This document shows positions 37,435 to 47,267 of a stretch of 64,000 bases of DNA, piece after piece. The position numbers and the translations under genes were made by a program. The number at the start of each line of letters is the position of its first letter. The stretch's first letter is position 1. The stretch covers positions 384,001 through 448,000 of the forward strand of contig CAXXMU010000002.1 of NCBI GenBank assembly GCA_963667785.2, read 5' to 3'. This DNA comes from Alphaproteobacteria bacterium (lineage in GTDB: Bacteria; Pseudomonadota; Alphaproteobacteria; UBA828). Under the pieces are notes generated by a model, which worked only from the letters and a program-made list of their open reading frames with translations, was not told the origin of the DNA and searched no databases.

Positions 37435-38688
37435 GTGCGTACGACCACCGTCGTCGTCGGGGCCGGGCATGCCGGCCTTGCCGTGAGCCATTGCCTGGCC
37501 GCGTGCGGGATCGACCATGTGGTGATCGAGCGCGGCGAGGTGGCTCACACGTGGCGGACGGAGCGCTGGGAGTCGCTCCGTCTGCTCACGCCCAACTGGC
37601 TGACCCGTGTGCCCGGCCTCGCCTACGACGGTGACGATCCCGACGGCTTCATGACCATGGCCGAGGTGGTGGCGTTCATCGAACGCTATGCCCGGCTCGT
37701 CGCGCCGCCGCTGGAGACCGGCACCACCGTCGAATCCTTGACCGCCACGGGCGAGGGCTACGAGGTGGTCACCGATCGCGGCGTCTGGCGCTGCGCCAGC
37801 GCGGTCATCGCCTCCGGTGCCTGCAACCTGCCTAAGGTGCCGGCGGCCGCGGCCGCGCTTCCCGGCGGTGTCGAATCGGTGACGCCCATGGACTACGCAC
37901 GGCCCGAGGCGCTGCCGGAAGGCGGCGTGCTGGTGGTGGGCGCATCGGCCTCAGGCGTGCAGATCGCGGACGAGGTCCACCGCTCCGGCCGGCCCGTGAC
38001 GCTCGCGGTGGGCGAGCATGTCCGCATGCCGCGCATCTACCGGGGCAGGGACATCCTGTGGTGGATGGATCGCACCGGCCTGCACGACGAGCGCTACGAC
38101 GAGATCGACGACATCGTCCGCGCGCGCCGGCTGCCCTCGCCCCAGCTCGTGGGCACGCCCGAGCGCATCACGCTCAATCTCAACACGCTCACCGACGAGG
38201 GCGTCCGGCTCGTCGGCCCGCTCGCCGGGTTCTCGGACGGCACGGCGCAGTTCGGAGGCTCGCTCCGCAACAAGTGCACGCTCGCCGATCTCAAGCAGAG
38301 CCGGCTGCTCGACACGATCGACGAATGGGCCACCGAGAACGGGATCGACGACGAGGTGGAGCCGCCGCAGCGCTTCGAGGCGACGCGGGTGGAGGAGACG
38401 CCGCCGCTCACGCTCGATCTCGCGCGGAACGGGATCAGGACCGTGATCTGGGCGACCGGCTACGAGGCCGACCACTCCTGGATCGACCTGCCCGTCTTCG
38501 ACCACAAGGGCAGGCTCCGCCACGATGGCGGCGTGGTGACCGGCGCGCCCGGCCTCTACCGGATCGGCCTGAATGTCCTGCGCCGCCGCAAGTCGAGCTT
38601 CATCCACGGCATCGAGGACGACGCCCGCGACCTGACGGCACATCTGGTGGCCTACGTCGGGGCGGGGGAGCCCGGCGCCCGCGCCTGA
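37435..38688 (+). CDS. Flavin-containing monooxygenase / FAD-NAD(P)-binding oxidoreductase (CzcO/TrkA-like)
   Basis: GAGHAG (FAD), RWESLRLLTPNW, GASASG (NADPH), WATGY, SSFIHG. Confidence 0.88.
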   Translation: MRTTTVVVGAGHAGLAVSHCLAACGIDHVVIERGEVAHTWRTERWESLRLLTPNWLTRVPGLAYDGDDPDGFMTMAEVVAFIERYARLVAPPLETGTTVESLTATGEGYEVVTDRGVWRCASAVIASGACNLPKVPAAAAALPGGVESVTPMDYARPEALPEGGVLVVGASASGVQIADEVHRSGRPVTLAVGEHVRMPRIYRGRDILWWMDRTGLHDERYDEIDDIVRARRLPSPQLVGTPERITLNLNTLTDEGVRLVGPLAGFSDGTAQFGGSLRNKCTLADLKQSRLLDTIDEWATENGIDDEVEPPQRFEATRVEETPPLTLDLARNGIRTVIWATGYEADHSWIDLPVFDHKGRLRHDGGVVTGAPGLYRIGLNVLRRRKSSFIHGIEDDARDLTAHLVAYVGAGEPGARA

Positions 38689-38792
38689 CACCGCGTCCGG
38701 CCGTCGCGCGCCATCGCGGCTCACGGACATTCGTGCCATCATCGGCGAGAGGGGCGCCGCGCCCCGGTGACGCCATTCGGGAGACGTGAAAC

Positions 38793-39683
38793 ATGGGGCG
38801 CAAGGTCATCGTCACCTGCGCGGTGACAGGCTCGGCCGACACGGTGGAGAAGAACCCGGCGGTGCCGGTGACGCCCGACGAGATCGCGCGCTCCGCGATC
38901 GACGCGGCCAGGGCGGGCGCGGCCATCGTGCACGTGCACGTGCGCGATCCCGAGACCGGCAAGGCCAGCATGGAGCTCGACCACTACCGCGAGACCGCCG
39001 GCCGGATTCGCCAGAGCGACACCGATGTCGTGCTGAACCTCACCACCGGCTACGGCGCCCGCCTCAGCCCCGGCGTGGAGGACCCCTTCGACTACGGGCC
39101 CGGTACCACCTTCACCGCGCCGGCGAAGCGCATCGCCCACGTGGGCGAGCTCAGGCCCGAGATCTGCAGCCTCGACGTGGCGACCATGAACTCCGGCGGC
39201 ATCCGCGACCACAGTGTCATGATCAACTCGCCGCCCCAGCTCCGCTACATGGCCGATGCCATGCGCGCGTGGGGCGTGGTGCCCGAGCTCGAGGTCTTCG
39301 ACGTGGGCCACGTGCGGCTCGCGGCGAACCTGATCGAGAGGGGGCACGTCAAGGCTCCCGGGTTCTTCCAGCTCTGCCTCGGGATCGAGTGGGGCGCGCC
39401 GGCCACGCCGGAAGCGCTTTCCTACATGAAGAGCCTGCTGCCCGCCGGCGCGCACTGGGCCGCCTTCGGCATCTCCCGCGACCAGCTCCCGGTGATCGGG
39501 CTTTCGGTGCTGCACGGCGGCCATGTCCGCACCGGGCTCGAGGACAATCTCTATCTCGGGCGGGGCACGCTCGCGCCGTCCAATGCGGCGCTGGTGGAGC
39601 AGGCGGTCAGCCTGATCCGCATGCTGGGGGCGGAGCCGGCGACGGCGGCCGAGGCGCGCGAGATTCTCGGCACGCGCGACTGA
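38793..39683 (+). CDS. Beta-keto acid cleavage enzyme (BKACE, DUF849)
   Basis: VTCAVTG, PVTPDEIA, AGAAIVHVHVRD, PELEVFD, GGHVRTGLEDN. Confidence 0.93.
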   Translation: MGRKVIVTCAVTGSADTVEKNPAVPVTPDEIARSAIDAARAGAAIVHVHVRDPETGKASMELDHYRETAGRIRQSDTDVVLNLTTGYGARLSPGVEDPFDYGPGTTFTAPAKRIAHVGELRPEICSLDVATMNSGGIRDHSVMINSPPQLRYMADAMRAWGVVPELEVFDVGHVRLAANLIERGHVKAPGFFQLCLGIEWGAPATPEALSYMKSLLPAGAHWAAFGISRDQLPVIGLSVLHGGHVRTGLEDNLYLGRGTLAPSNAALVEQAVSLIRMLGAEPATAAEAREILGTRD

Positions 39684-39704
39684 GCCGGGGGGGGCAGACG
39701 AGCC

Positions 39705-40760
39705 ATGATCCCGCTGATCGACATCGCGCCCTTCCTCCACGGCTCGGCGGCCGACAAGGCGCGCACGGCGCGCGCGCTCGACGATGCCTGCCGCGAGATG
39801 GGCTGGTTGGTGATCACGGGCCACGGCGTGGCGGACGTGCTCATCGAGGAGATGCACGCCGTCAGCCGCGCCTATTTCGCGCTGCCCTACTGGGAGAAGA
39901 TGAAGCACAAGATGCCGGCGGACCGCTACCGCGGCTACACGCCGCCGGGGACGGAGAGCCTTGCCTACAGCCTGGACGAGGAGCGCCCGCCCGACCTCAA
40001 GGAGGCGTTCAGCATGGGGCCGGTGGATGGGGCTTGCGACGAGTATCACTACGGCGCCGCCGGCGCGCGCTATTTCGCGCCCAACATCTGGCCCGACCGG
40101 CCCGAGGCCATGCCCCGGGTCTGGGATGCCTACTATCGCGAGATGACCCGGCTCTCCGCCGACCTGATGCGGATATTCGCGCTCGCCCTCGACATGCCGG
40201 AGGAATTCTTCCAGCCGAAGATCGACGAGCACATCACCAATTTCAGTGCCATCTACTACCCGGCACAGGAGGAGGCGCCGCAGCCCGAGCAGCTTCGCGG
40301 CGGCGCCCACACCGATTACGGCTCCCTCACGCTGGTGCATTGCGATACCGCCGTGGGCGGGCTGCAGGTCCAGACCGAGGACGGCGCCTGGGAGGACGTG
40401 CCCTGGCTGCCCGACAGCTTCTCCGTCAATCTCGGCGACCTCATGGCGGAGTGGACCAACCATCGCTGGCGCTCGACCATGCACCGCATCGCCAACCCGC
40501 CCCGCGACAAGGCGCACCTCGATCGCCTGTCGCTCATCTTCTTCCACCAGCCCAACTACGACGCGGTGATCGAGTGCCTGCCGAGCTGCGTCAGCGCCGA
40601 CAACCCGGCGCGCTACGGGCGCACCACCTCGGGCGAGCACATCACGATGAAGCTGACCAAGCAGCGCGCGCCTGGGCTGGAGGCCGCGGCAGCCGGTGGG
40701 TCGGAAGGGCGGCCGAAGGCTTGGCTCTACCCGCCCGAGCAGGAGGAGCGCGCCGGCTGA
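39705..40760 (+). CDS. Isopenicillin N synthase-like 2OG-Fe(II) oxygenase
   Basis: IPLIDI, GHGV, RGY, DLKEAF, AHTDYG, STMHR, RLS. Confidence 0.92.
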   Translation: MIPLIDIAPFLHGSAADKARTARALDDACREMGWLVITGHGVADVLIEEMHAVSRAYFALPYWEKMKHKMPADRYRGYTPPGTESLAYSLDEERPPDLKEAFSMGPVDGACDEYHYGAAGARYFAPNIWPDRPEAMPRVWDAYYREMTRLSADLMRIFALALDMPEEFFQPKIDEHITNFSAIYYPAQEEAPQPEQLRGGAHTDYGSLTLVHCDTAVGGLQVQTEDGAWEDVPWLPDSFSVNLGDLMAEWTNHRWRSTMHRIANPPRDKAHLDRLSLIFFHQPNYDAVIECLPSCVSADNPARYGRTTSGEHITMKLTKQRAPGLEAAAAGGSEGRPKAWLYPPEQEERAG

Positions 40761-40836
40761 AGGCCCCGTCCCACGTTTCACCCGAATGTGAATGGAGTTG
40801 GGATTCCGTGTGGCGCCCGCGTGCTAGCATCGCGCC

Positions 40837-41619
40837 ATGATCGAGAGACCGAGACTCGGAACCCTGCTCCGCGCCGGAGCGCTCGTCGCGGCACTCGCCC
40901 TGGTGCCGATGGCGGCGCAGGCGGACGATTCTTCGGCCGATCCCGCCGCCGATCCCAAGGTGGTCCTGGAGCTCTTCACCTCCCAGGGCTGCTCGTCGTG
41001 CCCGTCGGCCGATGCGCTGCTGGGCGAGCTGTCGGACACGCGGGACGACGTGGTCGCCCTCTCGTTCCACGTCGACTACTGGGACTATATCGGCTGGGAG
41101 GACCCGTTCGCGTCGGCGGAGACGACGGCGCGGCAGAGGGCGTATGCGAAGTCGCTCGGCATCGCCTATGTCTACACGCCCCAGCTCGTGGTCGACGGCG
41201 CTCACCACGTGGTCGGGTCCAGGCGGGACGACGTGAGGAACGCGATCGCCGCGTCGAAGACGGTGAAGGCGAGGCGGGTGCCGGTATCGCTCGCGTCCAC
41301 GGCCTCCGGCGGACTCGCCATCGAGATCGGCGCCGACGACAGCTACTACGGGTCTGCCAGGGTCCTGCTGGTGGCGATCGACCGGGCGCACACGACGCCC
41401 GTCGATGCCGGCGAGAACCGGGGGCGCACGCTCACCAACTACAACGTGGTGCGCGATTTCCAGTCCATCGGGAGATGGACCGGCGGCGCCACGTCGCTCG
41501 AGCTGGGGCCGGAGGCGACCAAGGGCCTCGGCGACGGCTGCGCGGTCCTCGTGCAGCAGGGCTGGGAGGGGCACGGCCGCATCCTGGGAGCGGACCTGGT
41601 CTGGCTCGACGGGGTCTGA
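40837..41619 (+). CDS. DUF1223 (COG5429) secreted thioredoxin-fold protein
   Basis: Signal peptide, ELFTSQGCSSCP, HVDYWDYIGW.DPF, YTPQ, GENRG. Confidence 0.92.
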   Translation: MIERPRLGTLLRAGALVAALALVPMAAQADDSSADPAADPKVVLELFTSQGCSSCPSADALLGELSDTRDDVVALSFHVDYWDYIGWEDPFASAETTARQRAYAKSLGIAYVYTPQLVVDGAHHVVGSRRDDVRNAIAASKTVKARRVPVSLASTASGGLAIEIGADDSYYGSARVLLVAIDRAHTTPVDAGENRGRTLTNYNVVRDFQSIGRWTGGATSLELGPEATKGLGDGCAVLVQQGWEGHGRILGADLVWLDGV

Positions 41620-41662
41620 CCCTCGCTCCGCCCGCGCGCCGGCCGTGATTCGCCCGCGCCCG

Positions 41663-43591
41663 TCAGTCCGTCAGCGCGCGCGATACCAGCCCTGAGAGAC
41701 GCCGGGTAAAGGCCGAAGGATCGGGCACCGGCTCGCCTTCGAGGATGAGCGCCTGATCCATCAGCAGGTGGGCGGCGTCCTCGAGCGCATCGGTCGCTCC
41801 CTTCTGCCCGACCATCCTGGCCAGCGCCCGGGTCAGGTCGTGGCCGGGGTTGATCTCGAGCACGCGCTTCTGCGCCGGCACCTCGTGCTTGTGCTGGCGC
41901 AGCAGCCTCTCCAGATGCATGTCGATGTCGCCTTCGTCGGCGACGAGGCAGACCGGGCTCTCGGTCAGGCGCTCCGAGGTCCGCACGTCCTTGACCGCGT
42001 CCGCCAGCGTGAGCTTCACCAGCGCGATCAGCTTGTCGATCTCGCCCGCCGCCGGCGCATCGGCCGCCGCCGTCTTCTCCTCGTCCTTGACGGCGAAGCG
42101 GTCGAGGTCCGATGCGCCCTGGGTGACCGAGCGAAACGGCTTCTCCCTGTAGGCGCCGATCATCGGCAGCCAGAACTGGTCGACCGGGTCGGCCATGAGG
42201 AGCACGTCGACGCCGCGCGCGCGGAAGCCCTCGATCTGCGGGCTGCGCCGGAGCGCCTGCGGGTCCTCGCCGCTGATGTAGTAGATCGCCTCCTGCTGCT
42301 CCGGCATGGCGTCGACATACTCGTCGAGGGAGAGCCAGCGCTCGCCGCCCTGCACCGACTGGAAACGCACGAGCGGCAGCAGCTTGTCCTTCTGCTCGGC
42401 GTCCTCGTAGAGCCCTTCCTTCAGCACCGCGCCGAAGTTCTGCCAGAACGACGCGTACTCCTCCGGCGCCTTCTTGGCCCGCTTCGCGAGGTCGGAGAAG
42501 ACCCGCTTGACCAGCCCGGCGCGGATCTTCGCCAGGATCGGGTCGTTCTGCAGGGTCTCGCGGCTGACGTTGAGCGCGAGATCGGCCGAATCCACCACGC
42601 CCCGCACGAAGCGGAGATAGGGCGGCAGCAGCCCCTCGCACTCGTCGGTGATGAAGACCCGCCTGACGTAGAGGCGCACGCCGTGCCGGCGCATCGGGTC
42701 GAACAGGTCGAAGGGCCTGGTGTCGGGCACGAAGAGGAGCGCGGTGTATTCGATCCGCCCTTCGGCGTGCAGGTGGATGGTGTGCCAGGGGTCGCCCGGC
42801 ACGTGGGCGACATGGTGGTAGAACTCGCGGTACTGGTCCTCGCCGATCTCGCTCCGCGGCCGGCTCCAGAGAGCCGAGCCCTCGTTGACCATCTCCTTCT
42901 GGCCGCCCTCGTTCTCGAGCCAGATCGGCAGGCCGACATGGTCGGAGTAGGCCTTGACGACGGTACGGATGCGGAGCGGCTCCAGGAACTCCCGCGCCTC
43001 CTTGCGCAGGTGGAGCTCGATGCGGGTGCCGCGTGCGGCGTCGGCCTCCGGCGCGATGGTGAAGGAGCCGGTCCCGTCCGAGCGCCAGCGCCAGCCCTCG
43101 GCCTCGTCCGCCCTGCGGGTCACGACGTCGACGCGCTTGGCGACCATGAAGGAGGAGTAGAAGCCCACGCCGAACTGGCCGATGAGCCCGGCGGCGAGCC
43201 CGGCCGGTCCGTCCTGCGCGTCCTCCTCGTCCGCACCCTCGCCGTCCTGCGCCTCGGCCATCTGCTTGACGAACGCCTCGGTGCCCGAGCGCGCGATGGT
43301 GCCGAGATTGTCGATCAGTTCGTCGTGGCTCATGCCGATGCCGTTGTCGGCGACCGCCAGCACGCCGGCCTTGCCGTCCGGCGTGATCGTCACCTGGAGC
43401 GCGGCATCGTCACCGAGCAGGTCGGGCTGGGTGATCGCCGCGTAGCGCAGCTTGTCGCACGCGTCGGACGCGTTGGAGATCAGCTCGCGTAGGAAGATCT
43501 CCTTGTCGCGGTAGAGCGAGTTGGCCATGAGGCCGAGCAGCTTGCTGACCTCGGCCTGGAACGCGTGGCGCTCTCCGTTCGTGTTCGCCAT
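41663..43591 (-). CDS. htpG: Molecular chaperone HtpG (Hsp90)
   Basis: FLRELISNASDA, DNGIGM, LGTIARSGT, IGQFGVGFYS, LNVSRETLQ, LEINP. Confidence 0.98.
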   Translation of the reverse strand: MANTNGERHAFQAEVSKLLGLMANSLYRDKEIFLRELISNASDACDKLRYAAITQPDLLGDDAALQVTITPDGKAGVLAVADNGIGMSHDELIDNLGTIARSGTEAFVKQMAEAQDGEGADEEDAQDGPAGLAAGLIGQFGVGFYSSFMVAKRVDVVTRRADEAEGWRWRSDGTGSFTIAPEADAARGTRIELHLRKEAREFLEPLRIRTVVKAYSDHVGLPIWLENEGGQKEMVNEGSALWSRPRSEIGEDQYREFYHHVAHVPGDPWHTIHLHAEGRIEYTALLFVPDTRPFDLFDPMRRHGVRLYVRRVFITDECEGLLPPYLRFVRGVVDSADLALNVSRETLQNDPILAKIRAGLVKRVFSDLAKRAKKAPEEYASFWQNFGAVLKEGLYEDAEQKDKLLPLVRFQSVQGGERWLSLDEYVDAMPEQQEAIYYISGEDPQALRRSPQIEGFRARGVDVLLMADPVDQFWLPMIGAYREKPFRSVTQGASDLDRFAVKDEEKTAAADAPAAGEIDKLIALVKLTLADAVKDVRTSERLTESPVCLVADEGDIDMHLERLLRQHKHEVPAQKRVLEINPGHDLTRALARMVGQKGATDALEDAAHLLMDQALILEGEPVPDPSAFTRRLSGLVSRALTD

Positions 43592-43641
43592 CAGCCCCTC
43601 CGATGTGCCCGTTGGCCGGCGTATCGGGCGTGTCGGGGCGC

Positions 43642-43671
43642 TATATGTGACGAAGCCGCCAGCGGTTCAAG
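43642..43671 (-). promoter_or_regulatory. Putative RpoH (sigma32) promoter of htpG
   Basis: Minus strand CTTGAA-N16-CACATATA, matching the alphaproteobacterial heat-shock consensus, upstream of a heat-shock gene. Confidence 0.65.
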
Positions 43672-43716
43672 CCCATGGTCGCGTGCTACGGGCCACGGGA
43701 GCGGGCAGGCGCGAGC

Positions 43717-44184
43717 CTACTCCAGCGCGCCGAGCTGCTCGCCTTCCAGAAGCCGCTCCAGGACGATGCCGTCGGACTGCTCGTACCGGCCGTCGCCCAG
43801 CGGCGTGACGTGCTTGCAGAATTCCTTGGGGCCCATCGGAATTCCCGGGTAATTGGTGCAGAACTGGCCGCCATCGTCGAAGTAGTATGTTCCGTCATAG
43901 TTGAAGGTTCCAAACAACGTCTTCGCCTTCAATTTGGCCGTCCCGTCGGAGGCAAAATACTCCGCTGCGTTTATGTTTCTCTTGGCATCGATGCTGATGA
44001 CGGTATTCCCTACGACGAGGTCCCGGACTTCGGCAACGGTCATCTCGCCGGCGGGAGCGGCGGCTTCCGGCGCGGCGGGTTCCGGCGCTATCGAGGCCAT
44101 CTGCGGCGGCTGACAGGCCGCGACGGTGAGACCCAGGGCCGCGGCCGTCAGGCCGGCGGCCGCAATCTTCGCGAGACGAGCCAT
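43717..44184 (-). CDS. Hypothetical lipoprotein (155 aa)
   Basis: Lipobox TVAA-C after a hydrophobic signal; small beta-rich domain (GNTV, YFASDG, GQFC..C); GGAG RBS. Confidence 0.72.
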   Translation of the reverse strand: MARLAKIAAAGLTAAALGLTVAACQPPQMASIAPEPAAPEAAAPAGEMTVAEVRDLVVGNTVISIDAKRNINAAEYFASDGTAKLKAKTLFGTFNYDGTYYFDDGGQFCTNYPGIPMGPKEFCKHVTPLGDGRYEQSDGIVLERLLEGEQLGALE

Positions 44185-44373
44185 TCGATGATCTCCCGGC
44201 GAGAGGAACGGATGAGCTGTGCAGGACCATTCTAGCCGACCGCGCGAACTGACATAGCCGCGATTGCCGAAGGCGGACGGCCTTCCAAGTTGGGTTGCCA
44301 GGGACGCAGGAGGGCGGGGAAGGGACCGCCGAACGGACTTGCCAAACCGGACGGGACCGCCAATCCTCCCGCC

Positions 44374-46914
44374 ATGGCTCGGCCCGTTGCCGAAAACGCC
44401 TCCGTCACCGCGCTGCTCGGCCCGACCAATACGGGCAAGACCCACCTGGCGGTCGAGCGGATGCTGGCTCACCGCACCGGCATGATGGGCTTTCCGCTCC
44501 GCCTGCTCGCGCGCGAGGTCTACGACCGGGTCGCGGCGGCGAAGGGGGAGCAGTCCGTTGCCCTGGTGACGGGGGAGGAGAAACGGGTCCCGGCGGATCC
44601 CCGCTATTTCGTCTGCACCGTGGAATCGATGCCGCTGGACCGGGCGGTCGAGTTCGTCGCCGTGGACGAGATCCAGCTCGCCGGCGACCGCGAGCGCGGC
44701 CACGTCTTCACCGACCGCCTGCTCCGCGCGCGCGGCACGGCGGAGACCATGTTCCTCGGCGCCGACACGATGCGCCCCCTGCTCCGCACGCTCGTGCCGG
44801 AGGCGCGATTCACCGCCCGGCCCAGGCTGTCGACGCTCTCGCACGAGGGGCACTGCAAGCCCGCGCGGCTCAAGCCCCGCAACGCGGTCATCGCGTTCTC
44901 GACCGAATCGGTCTACGCGCTGGCCGAGCGCATCCGCGGGCTCCGGGGCGGCTGCGCGGTGGTGCTGGGGGCGCTCAGCCCGCGCACGCGGAACGCCCAG
45001 GTGGCGCTCTACCAGGCGGGCGAGGTGGACAGCCTGGTGGCCACCGACGCCATCGGCATGGGGCTCAACCTGGACCTGGAGCACGTGGCGTTCTCCGCCT
45101 ACCGGAAGTTCGACGGTCGCTCCACGCGGATGCTGTCGGCCGCCGAGATCGCGCAGATCGCCGGCCGCGCCGGCCGCAACCTGACCGACGGCAGCTTCGG
45201 CACCACCGGCGATGCTCCGCCCTTCGAGCCCGCGCTCGTGCAGGCGATCGAGGATCATCGCTTCCCGCCGGTGCAGCGGGCGTACTGGCGCAACGCCGCT
45301 ATCGCGTTCGACTCGCTCCCGGCGCTGCTGGAGTCGCTGGCGGCGCCGCCGCCGCTGCCGGGTCTCAGGCGCGCCCACGATGCCGACGACCACAGGACGC
45401 TGCTCACGCTGGCGCGCGATCCCGCGGTGGCGGAGACGCTGACCGGCGCCGACCGGGTCGCGCTCCTCTGGGAGGCGTGTCAGATCCCCGACTTCCGCAA
45501 GACCATGGCGGAGGACCACGTGGCTCTCGTCCGCCGTATCTACCTCTACCTGGTCGAGAGCGGGCGCCTGCCGCAGGACTGGGTCGCGCGCTCGATCGAG
45601 CGGCTGGCGCCGGGTGAGGGGGACATCGACACGCTGACCGCCCGGATCAGCCACGTGCGGACCTGGACCTACGTCTCCCATCGTCCCGGCTGGGTCGACG
45701 ATGCGCAGGGCTGGCAGGAGCGCACGCGGGCGCTGGAGGACGCGCTCTCCGATGCGCTCCATACGCGGCTCACTCACCTCTTCGTGGACCGCAAGGCGCG
45801 CCGGCACCGGCAGGGCGGGCGCATCGACGGGGCGCTCTTCGCCGTCGTCGGCGACGGCGGGGCCGTGACGGTCGAGGGCGAGCGGGTCGGCGTCTTCCAT
45901 GGCTTCCGCTTCCGCCCCGATACGGAGGCCGAGCGCAGCCGCGCGCTGCTGGCGGCCGCGCATCGCACGGTGGAGCGCGAGGTGGCCCGCCGGGTCGCGG
46001 CGGCGGTGGCGGACGGCGACGATGCGTTCGCGCTCGGCGTCGAGCCCGGACAGGAAGACGCGCCGCCTTGGGGAGAGATCGCCTGGCGCGGTGCCGCCGT
46101 CGCCCGCCTCGCCCGGGGCGATGCCCCGCTCAGGCCGCAGGCCGCGCTCGTCGGCGATGACCAGATGAGCGCGGCGCAGCGCGAGCGGGTGCGCCGGCGC
46201 CTCCAGTCGTGGCTCGATCGCACCCTCGCGCGTGACGCAGGGCCGCTGCTGGCGCTCGGCGAGGCGGCGCTGACCGGGCCGGCACGGGGCATAGCGTTTG
46301 CGCTGGGGGAGGCCGTGGGCTGCCTGCCGCGCCGCGCGCTCGCGCCCCAGATCGCCGCGCTCGACGCCGCCGGACGGCGCGATCTCGCTGCCGCCGGTGT
46401 GCAGCTCGGCGCGCTCAGCGTCTTCATGCCGGCCATGCTGAAGCCGGCACGCATGCGCTGCGCGGGGCTTCTGTGGTGGGCCTGGAACGATGCCGGGCGG
46501 CTACCGCCCGCGCCGGGCTCCACAGTCTCGATGGAGCGCGATCCCGCCGTTCCCGATGCGTGCTACGCGGCCCTGGGCCTGGTCCCGCTCGGCTCCCAGG
46601 TGGTCCGCGCGGACATCGCCGAACGCATTGCCGCCCGCCTTCGCAAGGCGGCCCGGCGGGAGCCCTTCGCGATCGATTCCGGCCTGCTGAAGCTCGCCGC
46701 CTGCAAGCGCGCGAAGTTCGACGAGATCCTTGCAGCTCTCGGCTACGCGCAGGCGGGCGTGGGCACCGACGGGCGCCCGCGCTACGCGCGGAACGCCGCG
46801 CGCCCGCGCCAGCCGACGCACGAGCGAAAGCGCGGCCGGCGGAGGAGGGTGGACCCCGATTCGCCGTTCGCCAAGCTGCGCGTGCTCGCCCCCGGCACCG
46901 CGCGTCCGTCGTGA
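44374..46914 (+). CDS. SUV3/MgpS-like SF2 helicase
   Basis: LGPTNTGKTH, PLRLLA, TGEEK, CTVE, DEIQ, ATDAIGMGLN, QIAGRAGR, DSPFAKL end. Confidence 0.93.
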   Translation: MARPVAENASVTALLGPTNTGKTHLAVERMLAHRTGMMGFPLRLLAREVYDRVAAAKGEQSVALVTGEEKRVPADPRYFVCTVESMPLDRAVEFVAVDEIQLAGDRERGHVFTDRLLRARGTAETMFLGADTMRPLLRTLVPEARFTARPRLSTLSHEGHCKPARLKPRNAVIAFSTESVYALAERIRGLRGGCAVVLGALSPRTRNAQVALYQAGEVDSLVATDAIGMGLNLDLEHVAFSAYRKFDGRSTRMLSAAEIAQIAGRAGRNLTDGSFGTTGDAPPFEPALVQAIEDHRFPPVQRAYWRNAAIAFDSLPALLESLAAPPPLPGLRRAHDADDHRTLLTLARDPAVAETLTGADRVALLWEACQIPDFRKTMAEDHVALVRRIYLYLVESGRLPQDWVARSIERLAPGEGDIDTLTARISHVRTWTYVSHRPGWVDDAQGWQERTRALEDALSDALHTRLTHLFVDRKARRHRQGGRIDGALFAVVGDGGAVTVEGERVGVFHGFRFRPDTEAERSRALLAAAHRTVEREVARRVAAAVADGDDAFALGVEPGQEDAPPWGEIAWRGAAVARLARGDAPLRPQAALVGDDQMSAAQRERVRRRLQSWLDRTLARDAGPLLALGEAALTGPARGIAFALGEAVGCLPRRALAPQIAALDAAGRRDLAAAGVQLGALSVFMPAMLKPARMRCAGLLWWAWNDAGRLPPAPGSTVSMERDPAVPDACYAALGLVPLGSQVVRADIAERIAARLRKAARREPFAIDSGLLKLAACKRAKFDEILAALGYAQAGVGTDGRPRYARNAARPRQPTHERKRGRRRRVDPDSPFAKLRVLAPGTARPS

Positions 46915-47195
46915 CGCGCGACGAGCGCGCGCCTGCGGTGAGCAGGCTGGACAAGTGGCTCTGGCACGCGCGCTTCTTCAAGACGCGGGGATTGGCGCAG
47001 AAGGCCTGCGAAGCCGGGCGCATCCGCGTCAACGGCCGCCGCATCACCAAGGCGCACCGGAGCATCGGTCCGGGCGACGTGCTGACCTTCGTCCAGGGGC
47101 GGCTGGTCAGGATCGTGCGCGTCTCGGCGGTGGCAGAGCGGCGCGGGCCGGCACCCGAGGCGCAGCGCCTCTACGAGGATATCGGGAGCGAGTGA
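46911..47195 (+). CDS. hslR: S4-domain RNA-binding protein (Hsp15/HslR-like)
   Basis: RLDKWLWHARFFKTR, RRGPAPEAQRLY; GTGA overlap with the helicase stop. Confidence 0.88.
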   Translation: MTRDERAPAVSRLDKWLWHARFFKTRGLAQKACEAGRIRVNGRRITKAHRSIGPGDVLTFVQGRLVRIVRVSAVAERRGPAPEAQRLYEDIGSE

Positions 47196-47267
47196 GACCC
47201 GCGGAGTACGCATGGGCGCCCCCGGCGGCTCTTGAGTCCGCCGCCACCGGTATGATACGCAGCGCCC

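Noticed and set aside
25462-40760. Possible genomic island integrated at tRNA-Thr
   Set aside because: I saw no integrase, no duplicated tRNA 3' end and no obvious GC shift, and the region includes the core-type gene pyc.
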